Shown: positions 28,737 through 38,693, counted from the first letter of the stretch. The stretch: DNA of 64,000 nt from Candidatus Staskawiczbacteria bacterium RIFCSPHIGHO2_01_FULL_39_25 (GCA_001820095.1 MHOO01000011.1:1958-65957); one strand, 5' to 3'. Notes: a model not told the origin generated them from the sequence alone. A program made the numbers and translations.

Positions 28737-28768
28737 AAAAAAAAGTCCGTTTTCAGACGGACATGATT
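28737..28768 (-). terminator. rho-independent terminator (minus strand)
   Basis: Minus-strand gtccgtctgaaaacggac followed by T7. Confidence 0.65.
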
Positions 28769-28877
28769 AATTCAATCTATTAATTGCTTTTAGTCTAGCA
28801 AAATAAAAAAGCAGTGTCAACATTAAATAAAAAATCGCCCTTGCGCAAAGCTTGGGCGACATGTTTTTAATTGTCAA

Positions 28878-29150
28878 CTATTTATTAGTAGCAGTTAGTT
28901 GTTTCTCTTGTTGTTCTTTTTGCTCAAGAAGCAGTTGGTCTTCTTTTTCCTGACGATAAAAAACAAAGAACATCAATGAACCCAAAAAAGCAACAATGGT
29001 CATAGCAATTAAAGTAATCATTGCCTCAGAAAAAGGCTTGTATCTTTCCGTAAACACCAGAAAGATATAGAAACCGATAAAAAAAACGCCACTTAAAAAA
29101 AACATCGCAGAAAAAATCATTGTGTACCAGAGTTTCTGCTGTGTTGTCAT
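28878..29150 (-). CDS. hypothetical small membrane protein (2 TM, Gln/Glu-rich tail)
   Basis: 90 aa; no motif. Confidence 0.4.
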   Translation of the reverse strand: MTTQQKLWYTMIFSAMFFLSGVFFIGFYIFLVFTERYKPFSEAMITLIAMTIVAFLGSLMFFVFYRQEKEDQLLLEQKEQQEKQLTATNK

Positions 29151-29171
29151 GGGACACCTCCTTTGGAGTGG

Positions 29172-29660
29172 TTAGGGATTGATTATTGACATTCTAATAA
29201 TGCGAATAATTTGTTCTTCTTTATCAACAATAATAAAAGACAGCGTAAATATAATATTCCACACAATCATAAATATAAATTGCAACATTCCTAAGAGAAG
29301 AAAAAATGTCAAGCCCTTATTTGCTTTTTTCCACTCTGTCCCAGTAAAAACACGGAATACAAGCAAACTTGTGTCTTTGGGTTCCATTGAAGCCAAACAC
29401 GATTGATAGTAATTTATCATTTTTTGAGTTTTCCAATTAATTACAGACCAAAATAAGAATAAAACGAAACCAGCTATCCCAACAAAACGGTATAAAAGAG
29501 AATTTGGCATTTGAGCGCCCAAAAAAGATAACGCACCCAAATTGATGATAATAAATATTTGGCTACGAGACCATAGTAATCTTTCTTCGTTGGTCAGACA
29601 CATGCATATTCCTGTGTACATTACCTTTTGTTCATCAGTCATTTTTGGCGTTTCTGGCAT
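29172..29660 (-). CDS. hypothetical membrane protein (4 TM)
   Basis: 162 aa; no motif. Confidence 0.4.
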   Translation of the reverse strand: MPETPKMTDEQKVMYTGICMCLTNEERLLWSRSQIFIIINLGALSFLGAQMPNSLLYRFVGIAGFVLFLFWSVINWKTQKMINYYQSCLASMEPKDTSLLVFRVFTGTEWKKANKGLTFFLLLGMLQFIFMIVWNIIFTLSFIIVDKEEQIIRIIRMSIINP

Positions 29661-29740
29661 AAGTATCCTTTCTTGAGTAGAAAACAGCTTGAAATGTCAA
29701 AGAACGAATGGTTAATTTATATCAGCTAAAAGTTATAAAG

Positions 29741-30139
29741 TCAAATTTCTTCAACTACATTTGGAAAATAGTGAAGCTTGGCATTCCGTGTGTTTTCGTT
29801 AACAAGGATTCCGATGACATCAATTTGATAAGGGTGATTTTGTTGGTACTTGTTTTTTTCCAGCCAAATTTCGGCCATTTGTTTTAGTTTTCTTTGTTTT
29901 CTGAAGTCTACATGCTCTTCAGGATAAGCTGATTGGAAGGATGTTGCCTTTAGTGATTTAACCTCTATAAAGTGGATGGTAGAATCAAAACGCGCAAAAA
30001 ATTTAAATTTTTTGCGCGCAATAATATCAATTTCTCCAAAACTTATCCTATAGTTTTTACCAATAATATTATACCCTTTCCTAACAAGATATTCACAAGC
30101 CATCTTCTCTCCTAGTTCACCTAATTCTTTAGTGGTCAT
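29741..30139 (-). CDS. yraN: YraN-family (UPF0102) endonuclease-like protein
   Basis: GE..GE..A..YL...GY.IIGKNYR...GEIDIIA...IHFIEVK pattern of UPF0102. Confidence 0.75.
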   Translation of the reverse strand: MTTKELGELGEKMACEYLVRKGYNIIGKNYRISFGEIDIIARKKFKFFARFDSTIHFIEVKSLKATSFQSAYPEEHVDFRKQRKLKQMAEIWLEKNKYQQNHPYQIDVIGILVNENTRNAKLHYFPNVVEEI

Positions 30140-31084
30140 TTATCTTGGAAGCTTCTCTGTGGGCGGATATAGTTTTTCATCAATAGTCCTTTCAAAACAC
30201 ACCCGTCCCTGGCCATGATCCCAGTTTTGAGAGTATTCTCCCGATGCTGGATAAGGGTATTTCGCAGTTGACTGAACCTTGCTGCTTAAATTAAACACGG
30301 CACATAGTTCAAACTTTAAGGCAGTTGAATCTTTGAGATAGTATTCATACGATTGATCTGTTTGGGGGTCAGCAGGAACCACATAGCCGGATATTGAATC
30401 CTCTAAATCTGACAACGAAGCTGGCATTTGCCCCTTTCTTTGCCAGTAGTTTACAATTTGTGATTGAATGCCCTGCAGGTCGCTTACCCTTTGTTGGTCA
30501 AATTGAAGCAGTCTTGCTTGCATAGGAGATCCCACGATAAAAAATGCCCCAATTACCATAATCAAGATAATTGTGCCCGTAGACCAGGCATAGTATTTTG
30601 CCGAGCTTGAAGGTTCCGCCCTTCTTACATCATCTAAGTAGTATCCAAATACAGCACCGGCCACCAAGAGCACCGAAAACGATTTTAAGATGAATTTTGC
30701 GGTAACATCGCCCCCCAAAAAGTTATAAATAACACTCACCAAGTCGCCAACAATAATAAGCGAGGCTATAAAAAGGGTTAAATAAATAAGCCATTTTCTT
30801 ATCTTTGATTCACGCGCCTGCAATTCTCTTTTATAAATTTTGTTCAGATACCACGAGGCAAGGATAAAAAGCGGAAAAATAATAATTAACGAAGAAACTG
30901 AAAACCTAATGGGCCAAACGTATGATTGATACCCATATCGTATTTGCAATATGTCTGGAAAAAAATAATTTATGTATTGCCAGCATAAGGTAATAAAGCT
31001 GATGGCTGACCAATATAAGGCCACCATAGCAAAAAGATGCAAGAATACATCGCGGGGCAAATTTCTTTTTATAATAGTTTCCAT
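30140..31084 (-). CDS. hypothetical membrane protein (DUF5671-like N-terminal 4-TM domain + Cys-containing C-terminal domain)
   Basis: 314 aa; family assignment from memory of the CPR-typical DUF5671, not verified. Confidence 0.4.
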   Translation of the reverse strand: METIIKRNLPRDVFLHLFAMVALYWSAISFITLCWQYINYFFPDILQIRYGYQSYVWPIRFSVSSLIIIFPLFILASWYLNKIYKRELQARESKIRKWLIYLTLFIASLIIVGDLVSVIYNFLGGDVTAKFILKSFSVLLVAGAVFGYYLDDVRRAEPSSSAKYYAWSTGTIILIMVIGAFFIVGSPMQARLLQFDQQRVSDLQGIQSQIVNYWQRKGQMPASLSDLEDSISGYVVPADPQTDQSYEYYLKDSTALKFELCAVFNLSSKVQSTAKYPYPASGEYSQNWDHGQGRVCFERTIDEKLYPPTEKLPR

Positions 31085-31179
31085 AATAGTTAATATAATA
31101 CTTCTTATCCTTTATATTAAATGGTATACTGAAAAAGTAAAGCATAAAGGTCGCAACAAAATTTTTTACATATCTATTT

Positions 31180-31347
31180 ATGGATGAACAACAAAAAGAA
31201 AAATTAATGGCGACGTGCTCATGCGGCTCCGGCAAGCCCTATGGCACATGCTGCGGAAAAGAGGAAATGTGCTTTTGCGGGTCGGGAAAAATGGCAAAAG
31301 ATTGTTGCATGATTTCCCCCGAAACTCATGATATGGGAAACCCATAA
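31180..31347 (+). CDS. small SEC-C motif protein (55 aa)
   Basis: Two copies of the SecA C-terminal metal-binding motif: CSCGSGKPYGTCCG and CFCGSGKMAKDCC; not in the supplied ORF list (<60 aa). Confidence 0.5.
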   Translation: MDEQQKEKLMATCSCGSGKPYGTCCGKEEMCFCGSGKMAKDCCMISPETHDMGNP

Positions 31348-31393
31348 AAAAACTTTTGCAAAAAACACCCGTAGCGCTACGGGTGTTTTTTAT

Positions 31394-31467
31394 TGGTGGA
31401 CCTGGCGAGAATCGAACTCGCGCCTCGTCAATGCGAATGACGTGTAATGCCATTTTACTACAGGCCC
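31394..31467 (-). tRNA. tRNA-Ala(CGC)
   Basis: Reverse complement: acceptor gggcctg/caggtcc with G3:U70 Ala identity pair; anticodon loop ttCGCat; CCA encoded. Confidence 0.8.
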
Positions 31468-31472
31468 GCGTG

Positions 31473-31543
31473 TCGGGGTGCTGGGAATTGAACCCAGTCT
31501 ACACCCTCCCGAAGGGTGCGTACTGCCGGCATACTCCACCCCG
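31473..31543 (-). tRNA. tRNA-Pro(CGG)
   Basis: Reverse complement: acceptor cggggtg/caccccg; anticodon stem caccc/gggtg, loop ttCGGga; T-arm ctgggttcaattcccag. Confidence 0.75.
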
Positions 31544-31544
31544 T

Positions 31545-31670
31545 TATAGAATCTTGAATTTGGAATCTAGTAGCTTGAATGGAATTGTGAATTTAGAATG
31601 TAGGTTTTTCAATTCTTCATTCTTTTATTCTATTCTAGATTCAAGATACCAGATTCTATATTCACACTAC
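31545..31670. repeat. TAGAATCTGG / ATTCCATTCAAGCTAC repeat block (copy 2)
   Basis: Matches 3895-4012 and 33170-33250. Confidence 0.65.
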
Positions 31671-33154
31671 TAAGTGACCCAATACTTGCTTTTTGTTACC
31701 TTGTCTTGCTCTGCCTGCACTTCAAATTTTTCCTCTTTTGATTTCTCTGCTAAATTTTTCAGTTTTTTATCATCTAATGCCCCTAAAGTTTTGATTTCTC
31801 CCTCTAAAAATTCCTTAGTATTTTTCTTTGGATCATCCAATACATATCCCAATAGTATATCTAAAATTTGCCCTACCTTAGGCCCCGGCTGTATTTTTAA
31901 AATATCCATAATATCTTTTCCGTCCACCTTCAACATTTTCACAGAAATAGGATCTTTTGAAACTTTTTCAATAACATATTTTAAATGCCGCAACTTATAA
32001 GGCTCTGCCTTTGGAACACCAGAACCAATCCTGTCAGCTTCCCGTAATTGCAACAATTCCTCCATATTTTCAGGCCTTACCTTTTTTACCAATCTTCTTA
32101 CCGATGATTCTGAAACTTCATCTACATTATAGTAAAACATATGGTGCCGTATCAAATTTACTATTTTTTCAGTGTCTTTATTTGAAAACTTCAAACGTTG
32201 TAAAATCTGGAAGGCCATTTTAGCTCCTAGAACTTCGTGGTTATAAAAAGTGGATTCTTTGCCCTCGCCAACTTTTGCGCGGGGTTTTCCAATATCATGG
32301 AAGAGGGCTGCCAGCCTTACATGCATATTAAATTTTTTCTTAGCAGCGTATTCCAGCGCTTTTAAGGCATGCTGGTAGCAATCATAGATATGGTGCTTAT
32401 TCTGGCCAACACCGTAATTTTCTTCTAATTCAGGGACAATATGTTTTAAAAGGCTAAGGTTGCGGAGCAAATCAACGCCATCAGAAGCCTTAGGCAACAT
32501 AATAATTTTTACAAATTCATCCCGTATTCTTTCTTGTGAAATAGCCTTTAGCCAAATGCTGTTTTTTTTAATAGCTTCGGCAGTTTTTGGTTCAATGGTA
32601 AATTCTAAGGTTGTTGCAAACCGCACTGCTCTTAACATTCGCAGAGCATCTTCATTAAACCTTTCATCGGGACTTCCAACGGTTCTAATAATTTTTTTCT
32701 TCAGATCTTTTTGCCCATCGAAAAGATCTATGATATTTAAATTGGATTTTATCTTTATTTCGGATTTCGAATTTCGTGCTTCGGATTTAATACCAATGGC
32801 CATTGCATTTACGGTAAAATCCCTTCTTGCCACATCTTCGTCTAAACTTTTAGCGAATCTTATTTCATCAGGATGGCGCTTATCTGAATATTTGGCTTCT
32901 AGCCGGTAGGTTGTAATTTCAACTTCTGGGATTTTCTCGCTTCCTGTTTTTGCCGTTACGGTCAAAAATTTATTCTCATAAAAATTATCAGGAAACACTT
33001 TTTGGATTTCTTCTGGCGCAGCTTCCGTAGCAACATCCCAATCTTTGGGTTCTATGCCAAGCAAAAAATCACGGACGCATCCGCCGACGATATAAGCCTG
33101 ATAGCCCGCGTCTTTCAACTTCTTCAGTATGGATTTTACCTCTTGTGGGATAAC
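31670..33154 (-). CDS. cca: CCA-adding tRNA nucleotidyltransferase with HD domain; carries an in-frame repeat insertion
   Basis: GGCVRDFLLG..DWD polymerase-beta head; HD motif HDIGK; listed ORF to 33232 reads through a repeat, ATG at 33154 (MVIPQEV) taken as start; codons for IKSEARNSKSEIKIKS (about 32755-32790) are a CGGATTTCGAA repeat copy. Confidence 0.85.
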   Translation of the reverse strand, partial: VIPQEVKSILKKLKDAGYQAYIVGGCVRDFLLGIEPKDWDVATEAAPEEIQKVFPDNFYENKFLTVTAKTGSEKIPEVEITTYRLEAKYSDKRHPDEIRFAKSLDEDVARRDFTVNAMAIGIKSEARNSKSEIKIKSNLNIIDLFDGQKDLKKKIIRTVGSPDERFNEDALRMLRAVRFATTLEFTIEPKTAEAIKKNSIWLKAISQERIRDEFVKIIMLPKASDGVDLLRNLSLLKHIVPELEENYGVGQNKHHIYDCYQHALKALEYAAKKKFNMHVRLAALFHDIGKPRAKVGEGKESTFYNHEVLGAKMAFQILQRLKFSNKDTEKIVNLIRHHMFYYNVDEVSESSVRRLVKKVRPENMEELLQLREADRIGSGVPKAEPYKLRHLKYVIEKVSKDPISVKMLKVDGKDIMDILKIQPGPKVGQILDILLGYVLDDPKKNTKEFLEGEIKTLGALDDKKLKNLAEKSKEEKFEVQAEQDKVTKSKYWVT

Positions 33155-33169
33155 CATTATTAAGAATCT

Positions 33170-33250
33170 GGAATCTTGTATCTTGAAGCTAGAATACGAA
33201 CCGTAAAATTCTATATTCAACATTCCATTCAAGCTACCAGATACAAGATT
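33170..33250. repeat. TAGAATCTGG / ATTCCATTCAAGCTAC repeat block (copy 3)
   Basis: Matches 3895-4012 and 31545-31670. Confidence 0.65.
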
Positions 33251-33315
33251 CTAGATTCATAGTATAGTAAAGTTTGCTTTTTTTCAATTTTTATCGTAAA
33301 ATCATTTAATTAATT

Positions 33316-33387
33316 GCTCCCGTGGTGAAATGGATATCACGACAGGCTTCGAACCTGTTATTGGGGGTTCGAGTCCCTCCGGGAGCA
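33316..33387 (+). tRNA. tRNA-Arg(TCG)
   Basis: Acceptor gctcccg/cgggagc; anticodon stem acagg/cctgt, loop ctTCGaa; T-arm gggggttcgagtccctc. Confidence 0.8.
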
Positions 33388-33414
33388 CAGCGCATTTTGC
33401 TAATCCTTATTCTT

Positions 33415-33816
33415 ATGAAAAAATTTTTACCGTTATTCCTATTATCATTAACTGTGTTACTGTTGTTTTCAGGAGTAGCACAGGCATCAGTATGCCCAGA
33501 ATTTAAGACTTCGCTGGTGCCTTGCGGGCAAAAGCCTGATTGCCCCTGCGAGCTTTTAGACCTTTTTGAAATGATTGGAAGAGTTTATTATTTCTTTGTC
33601 TGGGACATTGCAACTCCGCTTGCAGGTTTAATGATAGTAGTTGGGGGAGTTATGTTGCTGGTTTCTGGAGGCAATCCAGGATTGGCAGGAAGGGCAAAAA
33701 ATATCATAAAGTGGTCAATTATAGCTATTCTCTTAATTTTCGGCTCTTGGTTAATTATTGATTTTGTGTTAAAAGCAATAGGGTATACGAGAGCAGGAAA
33801 TTGGAGCGCATTTTAA
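33415..33816 (+). CDS. T4SS-pilin-like (VirB2/TrbC-like) small secreted membrane protein
   Basis: Signal peptide, Cys-rich CPEFKTSLVPCGQKPDCPCE, then two TM helices flanking GGNPGLAGRAKNIIKW; listed ORF start 33322 overlaps tRNA-Arg, ATG 33415 (MKKFLPLF) used; pattern shared with the N-terminus of ORF 50590. Confidence 0.5.
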   Translation: MKKFLPLFLLSLTVLLLFSGVAQASVCPEFKTSLVPCGQKPDCPCELLDLFEMIGRVYYFFVWDIATPLAGLMIVVGGVMLLVSGGNPGLAGRAKNIIKWSIIAILLIFGSWLIIDFVLKAIGYTRAGNWSAF

Positions 33817-33846
33817 CCCTTCAATAATTGCACTCGTAACTCACGT

Positions 33847-33919
33847 GCGCCCGTAGCTCAGTTGGCAGAGCAAATCCCTCTTAAGGATAAGGTCATTGGT
33901 TCGAATCCAATCGGGCGCA
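33847..33919 (+). tRNA. tRNA-Lys(CTT)
   Basis: Acceptor gcgcccg/cgggcgc; anticodon loop ctCTTaa; T-arm attggttcgaatccaat. Confidence 0.8.
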
Positions 33920-34048
33920 CACTTTCCCTGCCAAATATCTCTAAAGGGGTTTACAAAGAACTAAAAATATACTATAGTAATACAAAAGAAAGCAGTTGCT
34001 TTCTTTTGTATTTAAAAAATCATATAATTAACGTGAACTATAAATCTT

Positions 34049-34315
34049 ATGCTTAAAAAAGAGAAAAAAGAAAAGCTAATAAAAGAACACAGTATCCATG
34101 AAAAGGATACCGGCTCTTCAGATGTGCAAATTGCCCTGCTTTCAGAAGAAATAGATGCATTAGTCGCGCACTTAAAAGAACATCCGAAAGATATCCATTC
34201 TAAACGAGGGCTTATTAGGATGGTGGTAAAAAGAAAGAAATTGTTAAGCTACCTTCAAAAGAACGATGAAAAACGATACAAGGAAATTATTAAGAAATTG
34301 GGGCTGAAGAAGTAA
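34049..34315 (+). CDS. rpsO: 30S ribosomal protein S15
   Basis: 88 aa; TGSSDVQIALLSEEI..L..HLKEH.KD.HS.RGL S15 signature; upstream of pnp as usual. Confidence 0.9.
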   Translation: MLKKEKKEKLIKEHSIHEKDTGSSDVQIALLSEEIDALVAHLKEHPKDIHSKRGLIRMVVKRKKLLSYLQKNDEKRYKEIIKKLGLKK

Positions 34316-34324
34316 TTCAATCGC

Positions 34325-34822
34325 ATGCTAACAAAGTCTAAAGAACAACGAGTTGAAGTGTTGATTGATGTGCAGAATTTATACTATTCTGCCAGAAATT
34401 TATACCAATCTAAGGTTAATTTCCGCGAAGTTTTAAAAACCGCCGTTGCCGGAAGAAAATTTATCAGGGCGTTCGGGTATGTGGTAAGGACAAAAACGGG
34501 CGAGGAAAAACCATTCTTTGATGCGCTATCAAAATTAGGAATTGAGACACGAGTACGAGATCTACAAGAATGGTACGGCGGAGCCAAAAAAGCTGACTGG
34601 GACGTAGGCATTGTTATTGACGCCATTAGAACCTCTCCAGGGCTGGATGTCATAGTCTTGGTTTCAGGCGATGGCGATTTTATTTCTTTGGTTGAATATT
34701 TGAAAAACCAAGGCAGAAGGGTAGAGGTTATGGCATTCGGCAGAAGCACTTCCGCAAAATTAAAAGAAATAGCTGACGAGTTTATTGACATGGATGAGTC
34801 AGAAAAATACTTGTTAAAATAA
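34325..34822 (+). CDS. NYN-domain (LabA-like PIN-family) protein
   Basis: VLIDVQNLYYSAR...VIVLVSGDGDF acidic-residue pattern of NYN/LabA nucleases; inserted between rpsO and pnp. Confidence 0.65.
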   Translation: MLTKSKEQRVEVLIDVQNLYYSARNLYQSKVNFREVLKTAVAGRKFIRAFGYVVRTKTGEEKPFFDALSKLGIETRVRDLQEWYGGAKKADWDVGIVIDAIRTSPGLDVIVLVSGDGDFISLVEYLKNQGRRVEVMAFGRSTSAKLKEIADEFIDMDESEKYLLK

Positions 34823-34929
34823 TTATAAGCAACACTAATCTACAAATGACACCCTAATTTACCAACTACGAACAATGGGTTCGTATTCGTACATTAGTGT
34901 GCGATTAGTAATTGGTGTCGCTATAAAAA

Positions 34930-37050
34930 ATGGATAAAGAAATATTTGAGCTGCAAATTGGGGGCAAGGCTTTTAAAATCAAGCTTACCGACTGGGCTCC
35001 TCAAGCCTCGGGTTCATGCTTGGTGCAATACGGCGACACTGAAGTTATTGCTAACGCCACCATGTCTCCTAAGAACGTGGAGGGACAGGATTTTTTTCCG
35101 CTTACCGTAGAATACGAAGAAAAGTTTTACGCCGCAGGAAGAATTTACGGTTCGCGCTTTCTCAAAAGGGAAAGCAGGCCTACCGATGAAGCTATTTTAA
35201 CGTCACGGATGATTGATAGGGCCGTACGCCCCTTGTTCCCCAAAGACTTTAAAAAAGAGGTCCAGGTTATCACTACCTGCCTTTCATGGGACAGCGAAAA
35301 TGATCCTGATATATCGGCCATGGTAGCCGCTTCTTTTGCTTTGGCCATTTCACCGATTCCTTGGAACGGGCCTCTGGCGGCTATAAGGATTGGCAAAACC
35401 AATGGATCGTTTGTCATTAACCCTGACTATAGGCAAAGGGCTGAAGGCAGCATGGACTTAACATTGTCAGCCATAGAAAAAGACGGGAAAATCCTCATTA
35501 ATATGATTGAAATGGGAGGAAAAGAAGTGACAGAAAGTGAAATATTGGAAGCTACGGCATTCGCCGAACCAGAACTGAAAAAAATCATTGATTTCCAAAA
35601 AAAGATCATAGCGAAAATAGGAAAAGAAAAAATGCCGTTTGCGCCCGCAGTGGAGTTAGATATTGAAAAGGATATCCATGAATTTTTGGGCGATAAGCTG
35701 GAAAAGGCAATTACTCATGCCAACCCGGGTGAAAAAAACCTGGGCCAAGCAGATGCATTGCAAGAGCCGTTAAGCGCTTTTATCAAAGAGAAATATCCTG
35801 ATCAAGAAAAAGAAAAACAGGTGTTGCCGTTTTTTGAAAAGGAAATTGAAAAAATAATCATACGGAATATTTTGGAAAAAAACCAGCGGCCCGATGGCAG
35901 GACAATAGAAGAAATCAGGCCTCTTTCCTGTGAAGTTGGCGTCTTGCCAAGAACCCATGGCAGCGGAGTCTTTTGCCGCGGATTAACAAAAATTTTATCT
36001 ATTTTGACCCTAGGCGGACCGACCGACCAGCAGATTTTAGAGGGGATGGAAATTGTCGGCAAAAAAAGATTTTTGCACCACTATAATTTTCCGCCCTTTT
36101 CAACCGGTGAAACGGCGCCTTTGCGAGGGCCCAAAAGGAGGGAAATCGGCCACGGCCATTTAGCCGAAAAAGCATTGCTGCCGGTTATCCCATCAGCTGA
36201 TGTGTTCCCCTACACCATACGAATTGTTTCAGAGGCGCTATCCAGCAATGGATCTACTTCCATGGCTTCAGTGTGCGCTGCCACGGTAGCGCTCATGGAC
36301 GCTGGGGTACCCATCAAAGAACCCGTGGCAGGAATCTCTATTGGATTGGCAAAAGATGAGCAATCCGGAAAGTATAAAGTGTTAACCGATATCCAAGGGC
36401 CTGAAGACCATTTTGGAGATATGGATTTTAAGGTCGCCGGAACAAAAAATGGCGTTACCGCAATCCAGATGGATATAAAAATTGATGGCATTGATGGAAA
36501 CATTATTCAAGAGGCCTTAGAAAGGGCAAAGGATGCAAGATTGAAAATTCTTGATATAATAAAGAAAGAAATTCCCGAACCGCGCAAAAAGCTTTCTATG
36601 TACGCGCCTAAAATACTTTCACTGCAAATTAACCCTGCGAAGATCGGGGAAGTGGTAGGGCCGAAAGGAAGCGTAATAAACAAAATGATCCAGGAGTTCG
36701 GCGTCAGCATAGACATTGAAGATTCCGGCTTGGTATTTATTGTGGGCCAAGACCAAGAATCGGTTGATGCCACCGCCAATAGGATAAAAAGCATTGTAAG
36801 AGAAGTCATGGTTGGAGAAACCTTTGAGGGAATCGTAAGAAAGATTATGGATTTTGGCGCATTTGTAGACATACTGCCCGGCCAATCAGGACTGGTGCAT
36901 ATATCTAAATTTGTCCCCCACCAGATAAAAAATGTGCAGGAAGTAGTAAAAGAAGGCGATGTCATTCCCGTAAAGGTGGTTTCCATTGATGAATTAGGGA
37001 GGATAAATCTTTCGGCAATAGAGGCCGGATTCAAACCTCGCAAACGATAG
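34930..37050 (+). CDS. pnp: polynucleotide phosphorylase
   Basis: Two RNase PH domains, KH (IGEVVGPKGSVINKMIQEFG) and S1 (GETFEGIVRKIMDFGAFVDI). Confidence 0.95.
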   Translation: MDKEIFELQIGGKAFKIKLTDWAPQASGSCLVQYGDTEVIANATMSPKNVEGQDFFPLTVEYEEKFYAAGRIYGSRFLKRESRPTDEAILTSRMIDRAVRPLFPKDFKKEVQVITTCLSWDSENDPDISAMVAASFALAISPIPWNGPLAAIRIGKTNGSFVINPDYRQRAEGSMDLTLSAIEKDGKILINMIEMGGKEVTESEILEATAFAEPELKKIIDFQKKIIAKIGKEKMPFAPAVELDIEKDIHEFLGDKLEKAITHANPGEKNLGQADALQEPLSAFIKEKYPDQEKEKQVLPFFEKEIEKIIIRNILEKNQRPDGRTIEEIRPLSCEVGVLPRTHGSGVFCRGLTKILSILTLGGPTDQQILEGMEIVGKKRFLHHYNFPPFSTGETAPLRGPKRREIGHGHLAEKALLPVIPSADVFPYTIRIVSEALSSNGSTSMASVCAATVALMDAGVPIKEPVAGISIGLAKDEQSGKYKVLTDIQGPEDHFGDMDFKVAGTKNGVTAIQMDIKIDGIDGNIIQEALERAKDARLKILDIIKKEIPEPRKKLSMYAPKILSLQINPAKIGEVVGPKGSVINKMIQEFGVSIDIEDSGLVFIVGQDQESVDATANRIKSIVREVMVGETFEGIVRKIMDFGAFVDILPGQSGLVHISKFVPHQIKNVQEVVKEGDVIPVKVVSIDELGRINLSAIEAGFKPRKR

Positions 37051-37112
37051 CGGACAGCATATAGCTTTAGTAGAAAGCTAAATCCTATAAGCTATGCCTT
37101 AAATCCTAATAA

Positions 37113-38222
37113 ATGCCAGCAGACGCCAAAGAAATACAAGCAAAAGAATTGCTGCAGAGGACTAACATCAGAACCATGCGAAAAGACCTTCAACAATTAA
37201 GGGAGGCTGACGTTGTAAAAGAAAGTGAAAAAATAGTTGCCGCAAAAATCGCCAAAGAACCCGTCCAAAAATCATCTCCTGCTCCAGAATCCGCAGATAA
37301 GCAAATACCCCCGGCGCAAGATAAAAAAATTGGGGTAAATGCCCCGGAAGAAAGGGAGGAAAATTTGAAGGTAGGCCAATACGAAGAAAAAATTACCTAC
37401 CCAATCTCTTGGCCGGCGCCCGAGCCGATTCGTACTGTAAAAGATTCTGGGCAAAAGGCCGCACAGGAAAAAGTTGCAAAAGAACCTTTTCCAGAAATAG
37501 AGCATAAAGCGCCCGCTACCGAGACTGAAAAACAAAAAATATTTCTGCTCACATCGCAGCGGGCTAAACTAGAACATCAGCTAACCATCATCGCCAAGGA
37601 AGAGTCTCCCCTTGTTTCAGAAAAAAACCAGCTGTCGCTCCAACAGAAAGATTTGCAGAAAAAACTTAACCCCCTCATAGAAGAAGAAAAGAAAATTGAA
37701 GCGGAAAAAACAAAGATAGAAAATAGGGAGAAAGAAAATACTATTGTTGCGCAAAGGCAGTACCTAGAAAAAGAGCGCTGGAAACTTGAAGATCAAAGGC
37801 AAAAAATAGAAAAGAAACGATGGCCCATAGAAGAACACTTAGCAAAATTAGAAGAGAAAATCCAAGACATTGATGCGAAATATGAAAAAATTACTTTGGA
37901 AAAAGGCGATTTAAAAACAAAAATTGCAGAAATTAATAGCGCCCTAAAAGAGCTTAACTTTAGCATTCTGCCTTCAGAAGAAACCGCAAAGCAAGAATTG
38001 ATGGAAAAACCAAAGGAACATATGCCAATAGAGCCGTCGAAGCTTTCGAGGCCGGCAGAAAAGAATACTCTAAAAGCAGTTCCGCCAACGGTAAAAGAAA
38101 AGTTTGTACAGTCTACTAAGATTGAGGAAGAACGCAGGAGAAAATTCATGGAAGATGTTGAACGATGGGCGTCATTATCCGATAAAAATAATCATGATGA
38201 TTCGAATAATTCTAGGGCGTAA
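37113..38222 (+). CDS. hypothetical Lys/Glu-rich coiled-coil protein
   Basis: 369 aa low-complexity; no motif. Confidence 0.4.
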   Translation: MPADAKEIQAKELLQRTNIRTMRKDLQQLREADVVKESEKIVAAKIAKEPVQKSSPAPESADKQIPPAQDKKIGVNAPEEREENLKVGQYEEKITYPISWPAPEPIRTVKDSGQKAAQEKVAKEPFPEIEHKAPATETEKQKIFLLTSQRAKLEHQLTIIAKEESPLVSEKNQLSLQQKDLQKKLNPLIEEEKKIEAEKTKIENREKENTIVAQRQYLEKERWKLEDQRQKIEKKRWPIEEHLAKLEEKIQDIDAKYEKITLEKGDLKTKIAEINSALKELNFSILPSEETAKQELMEKPKEHMPIEPSKLSRPAEKNTLKAVPPTVKEKFVQSTKIEEERRRKFMEDVERWASLSDKNNHDDSNNSRA

Positions 38223-38250
38223 TATAAAATTATTAATCTAAGAGAGATTT

Positions 38251-38607
38251 ATGGAAAAAAATTTCATTGACGAGTTAAAGAAAAAATTAGAGCAGGAAAA
38301 GGCTTCTTTAACCAAAGAGTTGGAAAGTTTCGCCACAGAAGATAAGAATATAAAAGATAATTGGGACGCAAAGCGGCCTAATAGCGAAGGCACCGATATG
38401 GAAGAAAAAGCTGATGAAGTTGAAGAATACGATAACCTATTATCGTTAGAGCATAGACTTGAATTAAAGCTTAAAGACGTTAACTTGGCCCTAGAAAAAA
38501 TGGGAAGCGGTAGCTATGGAGCCTGTGAAAAGTGCGGCAAAGGAATTGAAGAAAAAAGGCTATTAGCGTGCCCTGAAGCAAGGCTGTGTATCCAGTGCAA
38601 CAGCTAA
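38251..38607 (+). CDS. DksA/TraR-family C4 zinc-finger protein
   Basis: Coiled-coil N-terminus; C-terminal CEKCGKGIEEKRLLACPEARLCIQC zinc finger. Confidence 0.7.
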   Translation: MEKNFIDELKKKLEQEKASLTKELESFATEDKNIKDNWDAKRPNSEGTDMEEKADEVEEYDNLLSLEHRLELKLKDVNLALEKMGSGSYGACEKCGKGIEEKRLLACPEARLCIQCNS

Positions 38608-38624
38608 TAGAATATTGTCTTTTG

Positions 38625-38650
38625 AAAATCCGAGCTGTAGCTCGGATTTT
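38625..38650 (+). terminator. rho-independent terminator
   Basis: aaaatccgagctgtagctcggatttttt. Confidence 0.75.
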
Positions 38651-38693
38651 TTAATAGAAAATTAATGATATGCTAATATAATAAAGTAGCACG

